From Bdellovibrionota bacterium (GTDB lineage Bacteria; Bdellovibrionota_C; UBA2361; JBGSMV01), in the NCBI GenBank assembly GCA_044356455.1, contig JBIKWF010000010.1, positions 569-64,568 on the forward strand: a stretch of DNA of 64,000 nt, written 5' to 3'. Position 1 is the first letter of the stretch. The number at the start of each line of letters is the position of its first letter. Below, piece after piece: positions 26,567 through 36,270 of this stretch. The translations under genes were made by a program, and so were the position numbers. The notes under the pieces are model-generated. The model saw nothing but the letters and a program-made list of their open reading frames with translations, did no database searches and was not told where the DNA came from.

Positions 26567-27664
26567 ATGAAGCCAATGACTCAGCAGGTTCAGGAAGTTT
26601 TTAATGAGTCCCCAGGACTTAAGCTTTTGACAGCGCGAGCCGTAAGCGCGCTGGCGGGCGATGCTTCCTCCCGCAAGTACTATAGGGTTGCAGCAACGGA
26701 GAATGGATCGGGAAAGGCGCGCTCGTTTATTTTTCTCCAATACGGAGACTATGAAGGCAGAACCTTCAAGCAGACACCGGCCCTTACCCAAGAAATGGCG
26801 CTTCATCAGCTTTCGCGCTTTTTTGCCGAGCGTGGGCTTCCCGTTCCCCAGCTCTATTTCCACGACGTAGATTCTCGGTCTTTTGTTTTTGAAGATTGCG
26901 GAGATAGGTCCCTCGCGCTACTCGCCTCTGGTCACAGAGACGCAGTGGTAGACTCTCTCTATGATTCGCTTGGCCCTGATTGGATTGAGAGACTCTTTGA
27001 GCGCGCGATTGATCTTACTGCAGCTCTACAGAAATTGACGCCAGATGTGAACTGCGCGGCTTTTCTGCGCTGGCTTGAATTCGAAAACTATAGGACAGAA
27101 GCGCAAGGATTCATCCAGCATCTTGCCGAGCCCCGCGGACTTTCTAAGGCAGGGAAAGTGGTTCTTGAGAAACAGTTTGATGCGCTCTCAGAGACTATCA
27201 TGTCTTTCCCTAAACGCCTGTCCCACTTTGATTACCATGGGCACAACCTTCTTGTGCGAGAAGATGGCGTCTTGCGCATGATTGATTATCAGGATGCTTG
27301 TCTGATGCCCCCTCTGCGTGACCTTGTCTCGCTCCTTAATGATCGAGGCATGGATGAAGTGCTAGGAAGTTCTCGGCACGAGAGGCTGCTTGCCTACGGG
27401 AAGAAACAAATTCCTGCTCTTGCAGATTTTGATCATCAGTACCACATGACACTTCTTCACTGGGATTTTAGAGTCAGTGGGCAGTTTCTTAGACTTTGCA
27501 AAGCCAAGAATAGTGAGCGTTATCTGCAGTGGGTTCCCGGGACCTTGAGGAGGTTAGGCCGCACTTTGGTGAAGTCGCATAAGGAGCTTCATGGCATGTC
27601 AGATGCGCTAGAGATTCTTTTGAAGCTTTTGCCTGAGGTAAGGGAAGGCGGCGCAGGGATGTAG
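26567..27664 (+). CDS. phosphotransferase-family kinase (APH / AmgK-like anomeric sugar kinase)
   Basis: N-terminal LAGDASSRKYYRV, as in AmgK/APH. Brenner motif HFDYHGHNLLV and MIDYQDA. The start is taken after the stop of the upstream gene. Confidence 0.65.
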   Translation: MKPMTQQVQEVFNESPGLKLLTARAVSALAGDASSRKYYRVAATENGSGKARSFIFLQYGDYEGRTFKQTPALTQEMALHQLSRFFAERGLPVPQLYFHDVDSRSFVFEDCGDRSLALLASGHRDAVVDSLYDSLGPDWIERLFERAIDLTAALQKLTPDVNCAAFLRWLEFENYRTEAQGFIQHLAEPRGLSKAGKVVLEKQFDALSETIMSFPKRLSHFDYHGHNLLVREDGVLRMIDYQDACLMPPLRDLVSLLNDRGMDEVLGSSRHERLLAYGKKQIPALADFDHQYHMTLLHWDFRVSGQFLRLCKAKNSERYLQWVPGTLRRLGRTLVKSHKELHGMSDALEILLKLLPEVREGGAGM

Positions 27665-27738
27665 GCGGCGAAATTCTTCGTGCAAATATATCCACAAAGG
27701 AGGCGAAGGAACGCAAAGGTGTTTTTTTCAGAGATTTC

Positions 27739-28950
27739 TTAGCTAACCTCATCGCACAGGGCCAGGCGCTCACTTAGCGGGGTTGAAAGCCACTTTTGAG
27801 CCCACTTGGTAACTCTCAAGGCGGTATCGGGAGAAGGAGCGCGAAGGTCTGCGGCAATCTCACTGATGCCTGAGGCTTTTGCTTGAGCAGGGCATTCCTC
27901 GTCTAAGCGTAAGAACTTAGGCGCCACACTTTTTAACATCCCATCGCCTACTGAAACCTCGGTAGGCCCCACGGCTCCATAGGCGAGGAGTTCGTGCCAA
28001 ACTGAGTCGGCAATATGTTGAATACGAGTAGTAATCTGAGCCCCTTCAGGAATCTCACGTAATTTGCTCTCCGTCTCAAGCCCAGCGAGTGCTTGATCAG
28101 GAAACTCTACTGCTGCGCGGGTCTCATTGCTTTGCGCGCAGTGCTGAAACTCATGAGCAAAAGTTTGTATAACTAAAGTTCGCGCGGGGACCACAGAGTA
28201 TTCAAACTTGACCTTTGAGGTATCTGAGTTAGGAGGTAGGTAAGGCACATTAGCGACTAGAGCTCTGTCGCCAAGAAATGCGTCGCCGATCATTTTTAAA
28301 GCGGCCCCTCCAACAAACATCGCCGAGGAGTTTTCGGGATGCGTCATGAATGAAAGACTTGGTTCTTGCGGGATAAATATGAGGCGATATCCGTTCCCGA
28401 GCTTTTCTTCCATTGAGAGGATAGCGGCTTCAACCACAAGACGCTGTTGGGCGATCCCCATCAGCCTTTGCATGTCTGGATCATTGATAAGATGAGCACG
28501 AGCCATCAAGAGGCTATACGCCTGGCTCGGAAGCGCTGCGACTGTCGCCTCTTCGAGAGCTGCTCCGCTAAGGTTCTCTTCCCTCTGTATGTGTGCTTTG
28601 AGCTGAGAATAGAGCTTCCCAATAAAATCATTTCCTTGAAGCCACTTCTCTGGTTCGCACCTGATTACTCGCTCAAGCTCGAACATGACTCCTTCTTTCG
28701 TGATGCCTGCTTTAATCCGGTTGGCGGCTCCCGAAGTCTCGAGCTCCTGAATTCTTCCAGATACTTGACCGAAAAAATCACCGAGCAAAGCCTCTGATTT
28801 CTTCAGTCGCTCAAGAACAGGTGGGCTCGCTGGGTCAACTCTGGTAGAAAGCTCAGCCGGTCCAAAATCGGAAAGCGTGAAGGATGGCGTAGTGGAAGTG
28901 CCTTTTGAAATCGCTGCAGTTGTTGGAGCGGTTTTCTGTTGAGTCTGCAT
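27739..28950 (-). CDS. hypothetical protein (403 aa) with a single HExxH motif
   Basis: FAHEFQHC; no signal peptide; nothing else recognisable. Confidence 0.45.
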   Translation of the reverse strand: MQTQQKTAPTTAAISKGTSTTPSFTLSDFGPAELSTRVDPASPPVLERLKKSEALLGDFFGQVSGRIQELETSGAANRIKAGITKEGVMFELERVIRCEPEKWLQGNDFIGKLYSQLKAHIQREENLSGAALEEATVAALPSQAYSLLMARAHLINDPDMQRLMGIAQQRLVVEAAILSMEEKLGNGYRLIFIPQEPSLSFMTHPENSSAMFVGGAALKMIGDAFLGDRALVANVPYLPPNSDTSKVKFEYSVVPARTLVIQTFAHEFQHCAQSNETRAAVEFPDQALAGLETESKLREIPEGAQITTRIQHIADSVWHELLAYGAVGPTEVSVGDGMLKSVAPKFLRLDEECPAQAKASGISEIAADLRAPSPDTALRVTKWAQKWLSTPLSERLALCDEVS

Positions 28951-29142
28951 ATAAGAGAAAAAATGAATCTTTGAAGACGTTGGCTTTGTTATGGAGCCTA
29001 CTGCGCGACGAGTGACACATTTTAATCTGAATCAAAAGCTCTCTTGCGATTGACATAATGCCGCGCCATACACATAAGCCACTGAAGATATTAGATTTGT
29101 CTAGGATGCGTTTGTCCCGCCCTTGCCATAACTAAGGGCTGG

Positions 29143-31152
29143 GTGCGCTTTTTGTGGCGCTGTTTGGGTGGTGACTACATGACGACTGTAACAAGTGCAA
29201 AGAGCCATCGTGTCGGGATGGGTGCAAGGCTGGATGGAGAAACTGAGCTCGGTGGCCGCGCAATGGCGCCAATTTCTTCTCCTAGAAACTTTGAGTACTT
29301 CGTTTCGGCCACGGGATGTGTTCCCTTACGCGCTCTTGCCAATGCTTTTGTCGATGCTACGCCTGAGGCTCTCGACTCGGATCTCCGTTCTAAACTGAGA
29401 GGTGTCTTTAGGCACGCTGCGGTGCGCATTGAAAATCTTGCAAGAGTCGTGGAGGACCTCGAAAGGCCCGACATTTCGTTAGAAGCGCTTACTCGAATCG
29501 AGAAGCGCATCTCTGATTCTTCCTTCACCTTTCAAGCGCTAGAGCGTTCCTTCTCGGTTCAAGTCAAGGTCAATGGAGTCTTAGCGCCGGCCATCGATCA
29601 CTTAAGGCGCCTTGAAGGAACGGAAGGCGTAGTGAGGAGGCTCTATGCCTCAGTAGCAGATCTTGCAACCCACTTCTCAGAACACGCGCATGAGAAGCTT
29701 TCCTCGGTGCGACATAGGCTCATGAATCGAATTGACCTAGCCTTTCGTGAAGAGCAGCTTGAGCTAGCGGGGGGAGCTCCTGCCCCAGAGATAGATCCAG
29801 AATTAAGAGTCGGGGCTCTTCCACTGCCGCCCGAAAGGGCAGCCGCGAAGACAATGTCCGGCGAGGTGACAGGACCTGCCGCATCTTCTCACACGAATCC
29901 TGCCTTAAAAGAGGAACCCGTCCTTGGCCAATTCTCAACTTCGATGCTCGCAGGAAATATGGGATACCGAGAGCCTCATGGTAGGCTCTCTTCCGGAATT
30001 GAGGCGTCTTGGGCACCCATCTTAAGGGGAGAGCGGGTAGTGGGGAGTGTCTTCCAGCTCGTGAACCCACTTACTCAGGCGGCTCTTAGGCTACATATGA
30101 ATATTGAATTGCTTGGGTACCGCGGAAGCGAGGCGATGAGCCAACATGACGTCGCCTGCAAAGCAGTCCTTGCATTCTGTAAAATTGCAGCCAATCCTAA
30201 ATCAGAGAAAAATGACCGAGATTCAGCCGCTGACATACTGGGCAAATACGGCTTCTCCATCGTCCCGGCGAGTTCTCCCTACGCCGCAAAGAATCCCTAC
30301 GCAGATGTAGGGACGGCGAAGATAGGATTTACAACCCGCGAAGACCCGGGCGTCCAGCAAAATGTCCCCTCAAATCTCGAGGATTTCGCGAGAGGCGTGA
30401 CTCGTCTTCGAATAATACCTCCCAACAAGACCGATTCACAGGTCCAAGATTTGGAACTTGTGAACAAGGGAGACAAGACCTCCCTTGTGGTGCGTACCTT
30501 AGGATCAGCAAAGTTGGATACCTTTGACTGTGGCCTGCTTGAGGTGTCCCTTGACGGAGCGCACTTAGACCTGCGCCAGACTCTTACCCGAATTATTGTA
30601 AACTCTGCAGAGGGTAATAGTCTTAATAAGCTCGCCGGAGCGTTTTTGTTTGGGGAGAAAGCATCAGAGGTGAAGGTGCTGCGGATGGAAGGAGTAAAAC
30701 TTGATCTCACAACGAATTCAACGGCTGCCCCAATTGTTACCTTAGAGCATGGAGGAAAGATTATATCTTCCGATATCAAGGCCAATTCCTTAGAGCTTAA
30801 GAATGAAGTTGAGCCGAAGAAGGCAGAGAAGGTAAAGAAGGCAGAAGCGGGTACCATTATAGGTCTTAATGTAACTGTGTCTCATGATCTGGCGTTTGGG
30901 CTAGATAGACTTACGATCAGCAGGTTGGTCGCGACTAACACTAGCAATTTTTGGGGCGTGACTAAGGGATCGATTGCGAATTGTGTAGTAAGTGAGTCAT
31001 CCATTCCTAATGTGCGTACCTCCCTCTCTCTCAAGGGGACTTCCCTTAAGGGCTGTCATGCCACGGGAAGATGGTTTCGCCCCTCTAATGCAATAGTAGT
31101 GGGACCTAGGTTTCCTAGGCTCGCCAAATTTTTCGGAGTTAGCGAGTCGTAA
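29143..31152 (+). CDS. hypothetical protein (about 660 aa)
   Basis: Long ORF divergent from 27739..28950; start ambiguous (Met at 29143 or 29179). Confidence 0.45.
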   Translation: MRFLWRCLGGDYMTTVTSAKSHRVGMGARLDGETELGGRAMAPISSPRNFEYFVSATGCVPLRALANAFVDATPEALDSDLRSKLRGVFRHAAVRIENLARVVEDLERPDISLEALTRIEKRISDSSFTFQALERSFSVQVKVNGVLAPAIDHLRRLEGTEGVVRRLYASVADLATHFSEHAHEKLSSVRHRLMNRIDLAFREEQLELAGGAPAPEIDPELRVGALPLPPERAAAKTMSGEVTGPAASSHTNPALKEEPVLGQFSTSMLAGNMGYREPHGRLSSGIEASWAPILRGERVVGSVFQLVNPLTQAALRLHMNIELLGYRGSEAMSQHDVACKAVLAFCKIAANPKSEKNDRDSAADILGKYGFSIVPASSPYAAKNPYADVGTAKIGFTTREDPGVQQNVPSNLEDFARGVTRLRIIPPNKTDSQVQDLELVNKGDKTSLVVRTLGSAKLDTFDCGLLEVSLDGAHLDLRQTLTRIIVNSAEGNSLNKLAGAFLFGEKASEVKVLRMEGVKLDLTTNSTAAPIVTLEHGGKIISSDIKANSLELKNEVEPKKAEKVKKAEAGTIIGLNVTVSHDLAFGLDRLTISRLVATNTSNFWGVTKGSIANCVVSESSIPNVRTSLSLKGTSLKGCHATGRWFRPSNAIVVGPRFPRLAKFFGVSES

Positions 31153-31756
31153 GCGTCGGGAATTTGTCTGCAAGATGAAAATCCGGCTCCTTCGCCCGAA
31201 GGTTTCCATAAGTCAGATAAAGCGGGTCTTTGCCTGAAAGTACTACCCCCGAAACATTTGCGCGCGAGGGAAACTCGTTTGGCGAAAAGTGAATTGCTGA
31301 AGCGATGCTCGATAAGGGAATTCTTAGGCCCGCCTCCCAAGACTCGCTTGTAGCAGAGAGAGGGCTCGCCCAGGCGGTAACTTCTTCAAGCGGAGCGCTC
31401 GAATCTCGCTTCCTATAACCATGGAACGAGCAGCTCCACCAGGCTCCCGTAGGGCTTAAGTTCACTTCAAGATATCTTGGGCCCTCTGATGAGCACAGAA
31501 ATACTTCCGCTAGCTCCTTTTCCCAAAGCCCCTCAACGAATGACCCGCAGGCCAAGGACAATTCACACTGCGGCATACTCGCTCGTGAGGCGCAAAACCA
31601 AAGGGCCTCGGGGTCTAACGCCAGCGAGAAATGCAAAGGAGGGGTAACTAAGCTCCCATGCCATTCCTTTTCAATTGAAGTGCGGGGGAGCTCTCTTGCC
31701 TGCTCTTTGGAGAGAGGCTTGTCAAAGCGAAAGTAGGGGATCGAATTATTACTCAT
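31139..31756 (-). CDS. hypothetical protein (possible CBM9/DOMON-like fold)
   Basis: The pattern YLEVNLSPTGAWWSCSF is the only hint. Confidence 0.35.
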   Translation of the reverse strand: MSNNSIPYFRFDKPLSKEQARELPRTSIEKEWHGSLVTPPLHFSLALDPEALWFCASRASMPQCELSLACGSFVEGLWEKELAEVFLCSSEGPRYLEVNLSPTGAWWSCSFHGYRKRDSSAPLEEVTAWASPLSATSESWEAGLRIPLSSIASAIHFSPNEFPSRANVSGVVLSGKDPLYLTYGNLRAKEPDFHLADKFPTLTTR

Positions 31757-31920
31757 AAGCTCGGAAGTAAGAATGTTCGGCGTTACGTGCTATAATTACT
31801 TCGGATATTATTGGACCACAAAGGACGCTAAGGACGCAAAGGAAGCTCAATTGAAACTAGCAGTTTTAACGTGTTCCTTTGTGTCCTTTGCGTCCTTTGT
31901 GGTGAACACATTGCGATGCT

Positions 31921-33288
31921 CTACTCATAAGCTGTAACGAGAACGCAGCCTGGGAAATAATGCTTTAGAATCTGCTCAAAAGTGTAGCCCTTAAGCGCCA
32001 TGCCCACCGCGCCAATCTGACAAAGCCCCACGCCATGCCCCCAGCCTGCCCCATCAATTACTAGGGTGTCCTTGCCCGATGATTCTCCCTTCTCCCAGCG
32101 GTGGATAAAAGCTGAGCTAAAAAGGAACGAGGCATGAAGCGTGCGGCGAATATCGTACTGGCTCTTAAGTTTTAGAGAGGCTTCTTTGCCGGAGGAATCT
32201 TCAAAGCGAACGGTGAGTTCAGTTAATCTGCCTGAAACTCCCCGGGCTCCGTAGTGGAGATCTCGAACTTCCTTAAGATTTGGGGTGCCGGATTTTTCGC
32301 GCACGCGTGTGCTTAGTTCTTCGCGAGAAACCCGGTAGGTCCACCTAAAATAGCTTCCTAGCTCATCAACGGCGCCCAGGTACTTCTTAAGAGTTGTCTC
32401 TGGCACCGTTTGTGGAGAGCAAAAACAGTTTGTAGGGGGCGTGCTAAGAAATGATTTGAAATTATTTTCGGCTTTTAAGTTCAGTTTCTCCGAGGCTGGG
32501 GTATCTGCATGCGTAATGAGCGGCGGAATAGTAAACCCGAAACTATGCCAAGGGTCTTCTAGGTAACCACCGCAGCTTTTTGAGTAATACGCAGGGCAGG
32601 TGACTCCATCCTCGCTTACAAGAAATTGACCTGCGCTCCCCCGCACAGCGTCGATAGCCGGCTGAGAAAGGTGTGTTGTTCCTTGGTAGCGCTGGCAGTC
32701 ATCATCGTTGCATATCTGAAATTTCTCTCCCGGGTGCTTGTTGCGGAGAAATACATAACTCCATGAGCGAGCTGCCGTCGCCTGTGCCTGCGCAAAGCTG
32801 GCAGGGCACTCAGGGCTCATTTCTGAGGCAATGACGCAGGCGCAGTAATCTTCAAAGCCCAGTTGATTAACAAGAATGAGCTTTCCTTGCTGACTATGGA
32901 CTTCAAAAGTCCCAGGCAATACTTGGGAGATTTCTTTTTTCCAATGAAAGGTTCTTCCTGCGACAATCTTTTCAATCTGAAGTCCGGTTTGAGGCGCGAG
33001 GGGTTGTTTCTTGTTGTCCTTGGGGAAAATAAGGAGAGGGTGCGACGATGGTATACTCTGAGTTGTCCCCTCTAAAGCAATTGAAAAGTTGTCGCCTAGT
33101 AAAGAGATCTCTACTCGATTCTGAGTCGAAATCTCACAGCGAAAATCCCCAGATTGCAGCACATAGGGGACGTGTGTTGGTGATAGAGTACACGAGGTGC
33201 GGCAGTCTTCCTCTAGGATAATTCCTACCGTGAGTGTCGGTTCCTTGCCGAGAGGTGGGCTTGTGCGCCTGGGAGTTGGCTCTTTCAT
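31921..33288 (-). CDS. SpoIID/LytB domain protein (amidase enhancer)
   Basis: C-terminal GWGHGVGLCQIGAVGMALKGYTFEQILKHYFPG is the SpoIID signature. Confidence 0.8.
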   Translation of the reverse strand: MKEPTPRRTSPPLGKEPTLTVGIILEEDCRTSCTLSPTHVPYVLQSGDFRCEISTQNRVEISLLGDNFSIALEGTTQSIPSSHPLLIFPKDNKKQPLAPQTGLQIEKIVAGRTFHWKKEISQVLPGTFEVHSQQGKLILVNQLGFEDYCACVIASEMSPECPASFAQAQATAARSWSYVFLRNKHPGEKFQICNDDDCQRYQGTTHLSQPAIDAVRGSAGQFLVSEDGVTCPAYYSKSCGGYLEDPWHSFGFTIPPLITHADTPASEKLNLKAENNFKSFLSTPPTNCFCSPQTVPETTLKKYLGAVDELGSYFRWTYRVSREELSTRVREKSGTPNLKEVRDLHYGARGVSGRLTELTVRFEDSSGKEASLKLKSQYDIRRTLHASFLFSSAFIHRWEKGESSGKDTLVIDGAGWGHGVGLCQIGAVGMALKGYTFEQILKHYFPGCVLVTAYE

Positions 33289-34364
33289 GGTGCGCGCGCG
33301 TCTTGTGTGGATAGATGTAATCTTGAGTGCTCAGAGAGGATATCAGCGTCAAGCGCTTGAGGAGTGTACCATCCGAGGCGGTCTAAAAACTTCTGCACTC
33401 TTACGCTACCCTCTGAAAATTCCTCAGGACTAAGGCTTAAGTCATCAAGCAGCGCCTCAGTTATTCTTGCAACCCTTAAAGCTCTCGCGGGGTCATGATT
33501 AAAGAGCAGAATATCGCAGCTTGCTGAAAAAGCTTGGAGAGCCACTTCATCATCTGAAAAATTATTGGCGATAGCCTTCATGTCCATGTCATCGCTAATC
33601 AGCACCCCACGATAGCGCAGATGTTCTCTCGCAAGGGCACGAAGGATTTTAGGAGAAAGAGAGGCGGGGTAGTCAGCGTCAAGAGTGGGAAAGAGAATGT
33701 GAGAAGTAAGAATCGCGGTAATGTTAGCGCGCGAGATGAGGGCTTCAAAAGGAATCAGCTCCCGCTCCTTGAGGAGCTCCAGGCTATGGGCAAGTGAAGG
33801 GAGCTCTTCATGAGAATCTTGGCTTGTGTCTCCATGGCCCGGGAAATGTTTCCCCACGGGGATAATGCCAGCCTCGCTCAATCCTTGCGCCATCGCGCAC
33901 GCCGCATCGGCTACTTGCCAGGCTGAAGCGCCAAAGGAGCGTGCTCCAATAACAGGATTGGCTGGATTAGAGTCAACATCAGCCACGGGAGCAAAGGAGA
34001 GGTTAATGCCCATACTGCGAAGTTCAGTCCCCATGGCGCGGCCAATCTCATATGCCTTTGAGGAGAACTCGCGCGCAGTAGAGAACCTGGTTATGGGAGG
34101 AGGGCAGCGGTTGATGCGGCCGCCTTCGTGATCAATCGCGATGATAGCTTTGCTTCTTCCTGTGAGGGCGCACACTTGCTGTTCAAGCTTCGCCAAAGTT
34201 TCAAGCCAAACTCCATAGGGCGCGTCGCTTAGAAAATTGTGCGCGCGCAATATGACGCCAGAGGGACGAAGCTCTGAGAGAACAGCCCTATCGCTCTCGG
34301 CGATAGTAGGGCCCGAGAGTCCCACGATGAAGCGCTTACTTACTTCGTCAGCGAGAGAACGCAC
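33285..34364 (-). CDS. nagZ: beta-N-acetylhexosaminidase NagZ (GH3)
   Basis: KHFPGHGDTSQDSHEELP and ISDDMDMKAI are NagZ motifs. Confidence 0.85.
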   Translation of the reverse strand: MRSLADEVSKRFIVGLSGPTIAESDRAVLSELRPSGVILRAHNFLSDAPYGVWLETLAKLEQQVCALTGRSKAIIAIDHEGGRINRCPPPITRFSTAREFSSKAYEIGRAMGTELRSMGINLSFAPVADVDSNPANPVIGARSFGASAWQVADAACAMAQGLSEAGIIPVGKHFPGHGDTSQDSHEELPSLAHSLELLKERELIPFEALISRANITAILTSHILFPTLDADYPASLSPKILRALAREHLRYRGVLISDDMDMKAIANNFSDDEVALQAFSASCDILLFNHDPARALRVARITEALLDDLSLSPEEFSEGSVRVQKFLDRLGWYTPQALDADILSEHSRLHLSTQDARAP

Positions 34365-34603
34365 TTTTATATTCCTAAGAAGAGCTAATTCTTTGAATTT
34401 ATTACGGCGAGAGCAACTGCGGCAAGTCAGAGTCCATTAATTTTAGAGAGTTCGTGCCCTCGAGAGCCACTTATAGTAGCTTTAAGGGGCAGTCTAGGGA
34501 GTAATCCCGGGCGAGCAAGAAAATAGTTAGTACGAGTTCGAAATATCTATCCGCGACGAAGTTTGGCGCGGCAGCATTTACTGTCTTACAGGAATGACTA
34601 GCC

Positions 34604-35551
34604 ATGGTTCCGACTGATACAGGATTGCCTGATAAGGGCTCCTCTAAAATCCCCTCCATCACCGTTCCCTCATTGCAAAGTAGGAAGGTCGCCCTTGGCG
34701 GCGTCCCTATCTCTGCCATCACCGCCTATGATTACACGTTTGCGCGGCTCTTTGATGCCTCAGGCGTAGATATCATACTGGTAGGTGATTCCGTCGCGTC
34801 AATTGTGCAGGGCCATACTACTACTCTTCCAGTAACCCTGGATGAGATGGTGTACCACTGCCGCTGCGTCGTGCGAGGAGTATCGCGGGCGCTGGTGGTA
34901 GGGGATATGCCATTTATGTCTTACCAAGCTTCTTCCGAGCAGGCCTTGATGTCGGCAGGCCGGCTACTTAAGGAGGGCGGCGTTGCGGCAGTGAAGCTCG
35001 AGGGCGGAGTCGCGATTGCCGAGACTATAAGGCGGCTTGCTCAAGTTGATATCCCGGTCGTGGGCCACGTGGGCCTTACTCCTCAATCGTACCACCGCAT
35101 GGGTGGTCACCGAATGCAGGGCAAAAAGCGCGGAGGCGCAAATGCGGCGGGTTCGGCGGAGCAAATTCTTGCCGACGCAGTAGCGGTAGCGGAGGCCGGA
35201 GCATTCTTGCTGGTCGTCGAAGGAGTTCCCGTTGAAGTTGCGCAGGAAATCACAGCCGCGGTCTCGATTCCGGTGATTGGCATAGGTGCTGGGCCGCACT
35301 GCGACGGCCAGATTTTGGTAGGCCCAGACCTTCTTGGACTTAATCCTGATTTTAAGCCTAAGTTCCTTAAACGCTTTGCCGAGCTTGGGAATCTAACGAA
35401 GAAAGCCGTTTCTGAGTTTGTTGCGGAAGTGCAGCAGCAGACGTTCCCAGGGCCTGAGCATTCCGTTTCCCTTGGCGCAAAGCCCGAGGTGATTCTTCCT
35501 GCGGTTTCCAAGAGCCCCAAGGTTTCAAAGCTCAAGATGGTGCGGAGGTGA
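34604..35551 (+). CDS. panB: 3-methyl-2-oxobutanoate hydroxymethyltransferase
   Basis: Motifs VKLEGG and GHVGLTPQS. It carries a C-terminal extension of about 45 aa. Confidence 0.88.
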   Translation: MVPTDTGLPDKGSSKIPSITVPSLQSRKVALGGVPISAITAYDYTFARLFDASGVDIILVGDSVASIVQGHTTTLPVTLDEMVYHCRCVVRGVSRALVVGDMPFMSYQASSEQALMSAGRLLKEGGVAAVKLEGGVAIAETIRRLAQVDIPVVGHVGLTPQSYHRMGGHRMQGKKRGGANAAGSAEQILADAVAVAEAGAFLLVVEGVPVEVAQEITAAVSIPVIGIGAGPHCDGQILVGPDLLGLNPDFKPKFLKRFAELGNLTKKAVSEFVAEVQQQTFPGPEHSVSLGAKPEVILPAVSKSPKVSKLKMVRR

Positions 35552-35553
35552 GT

Positions 35554-35949
35554 ATGGAAGGATATCGCAAGCTCCTGCGCTCAAAAATTCACCGCGCCCG
35601 GGTTACGCATGCTGATGTGCATTATGAAGGGAGTATCTCGATCTCGCCTGAACTTTTAGAGGCCGCAGGGCTTTTAGAGTATGAGGCCGTGAACATCTGG
35701 AATGTGACTAATGGCCAGCGTTTCGAGACCTATACGATTCGCGGCGAGCCAGGCACCAAGGATATCTCGATTAACGGGGCAGCGGCGCGGTTAGTGACCC
35801 CTGGGGATATCATTATTATTGCTTGCTTTGAGCTTGTCCCTGAGTCGCGCGCTCATTCCCATGTGCCGAGGCTTGTGTTTGTCGATGAGCAGAATCGGCA
35901 GCTTCCAACTCGCAAGGAGATTCCGGGGCCAAGGTTGGCGTACGTTTAG
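35554..35949 (+). CDS. panD: aspartate 1-decarboxylase
   Basis: KLLRSKIHRARVTHADVHYEGSISI contains the Gly-Ser self-cleavage site. A GGAGGTGA RBS precedes the ATG at 35554. Confidence 0.9.
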   Translation: MEGYRKLLRSKIHRARVTHADVHYEGSISISPELLEAAGLLEYEAVNIWNVTNGQRFETYTIRGEPGTKDISINGAAARLVTPGDIIIIACFELVPESRAHSHVPRLVFVDEQNRQLPTRKEIPGPRLAYV

Positions 35950-35950
35950 C

Positions 35951-36135
35951 GTGGGGGGCTTTTTGGGGCCACGTGCCAGGTCGCGAGATCGTGCGGCACG
36001 CCGGGGACGGCGCGCCCTACCTAGGGGCGCTGCATGTGGGTAGGGCGCGCCGTTCCGCCTCTGCCAGTAGGCGACGGCGAGACGTGCGCCCTGGCGTGCC
36101 GAAACAAATGCCGTCTAACGGATGCGTTCTCCGCT
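35951..36135. repeat. GC-rich (about 70% GC) palindromic repeat, family G
   Basis: Modules GATCGTGCGGCACGCCGGGGACGGCGCGCCCTACC and GGTAGGGCGCGCCGTTCCGCCTCTGCCAGTAGGCGACGGCG..GGCGTGCCGAAACAAATGCC. A 17-bp perfect inverted repeat GGACGGCGCGCCCTACC/GGTAGGGCGCGCCGT. Confidence 0.8.
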
Positions 36136-36270
36136 ATGGCAAGCTGCCCGCACAGCTCTTTTGACAGCCCTTGTTATAAAGAACTCCAAGCGGCACAATT
36201 CCTGTGCGGCAGATGCCTTCTTAATTAAAGGCTACTACCGCCAATTTCCCTTTGTTTGTGCGAGTGCCTT

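Noticed and set aside
35819-36228. Three overlapping small ORFs (63-74 aa, Arg/Ala-rich). Similar ORFs occur at 38998..39231, 48898..49233 and 54839..55121
   Set aside because: All fall inside family G GC-rich repeats. Arg/Ala/Gly-rich translations are expected from about 70% GC palindromes. They are not treated as genes.
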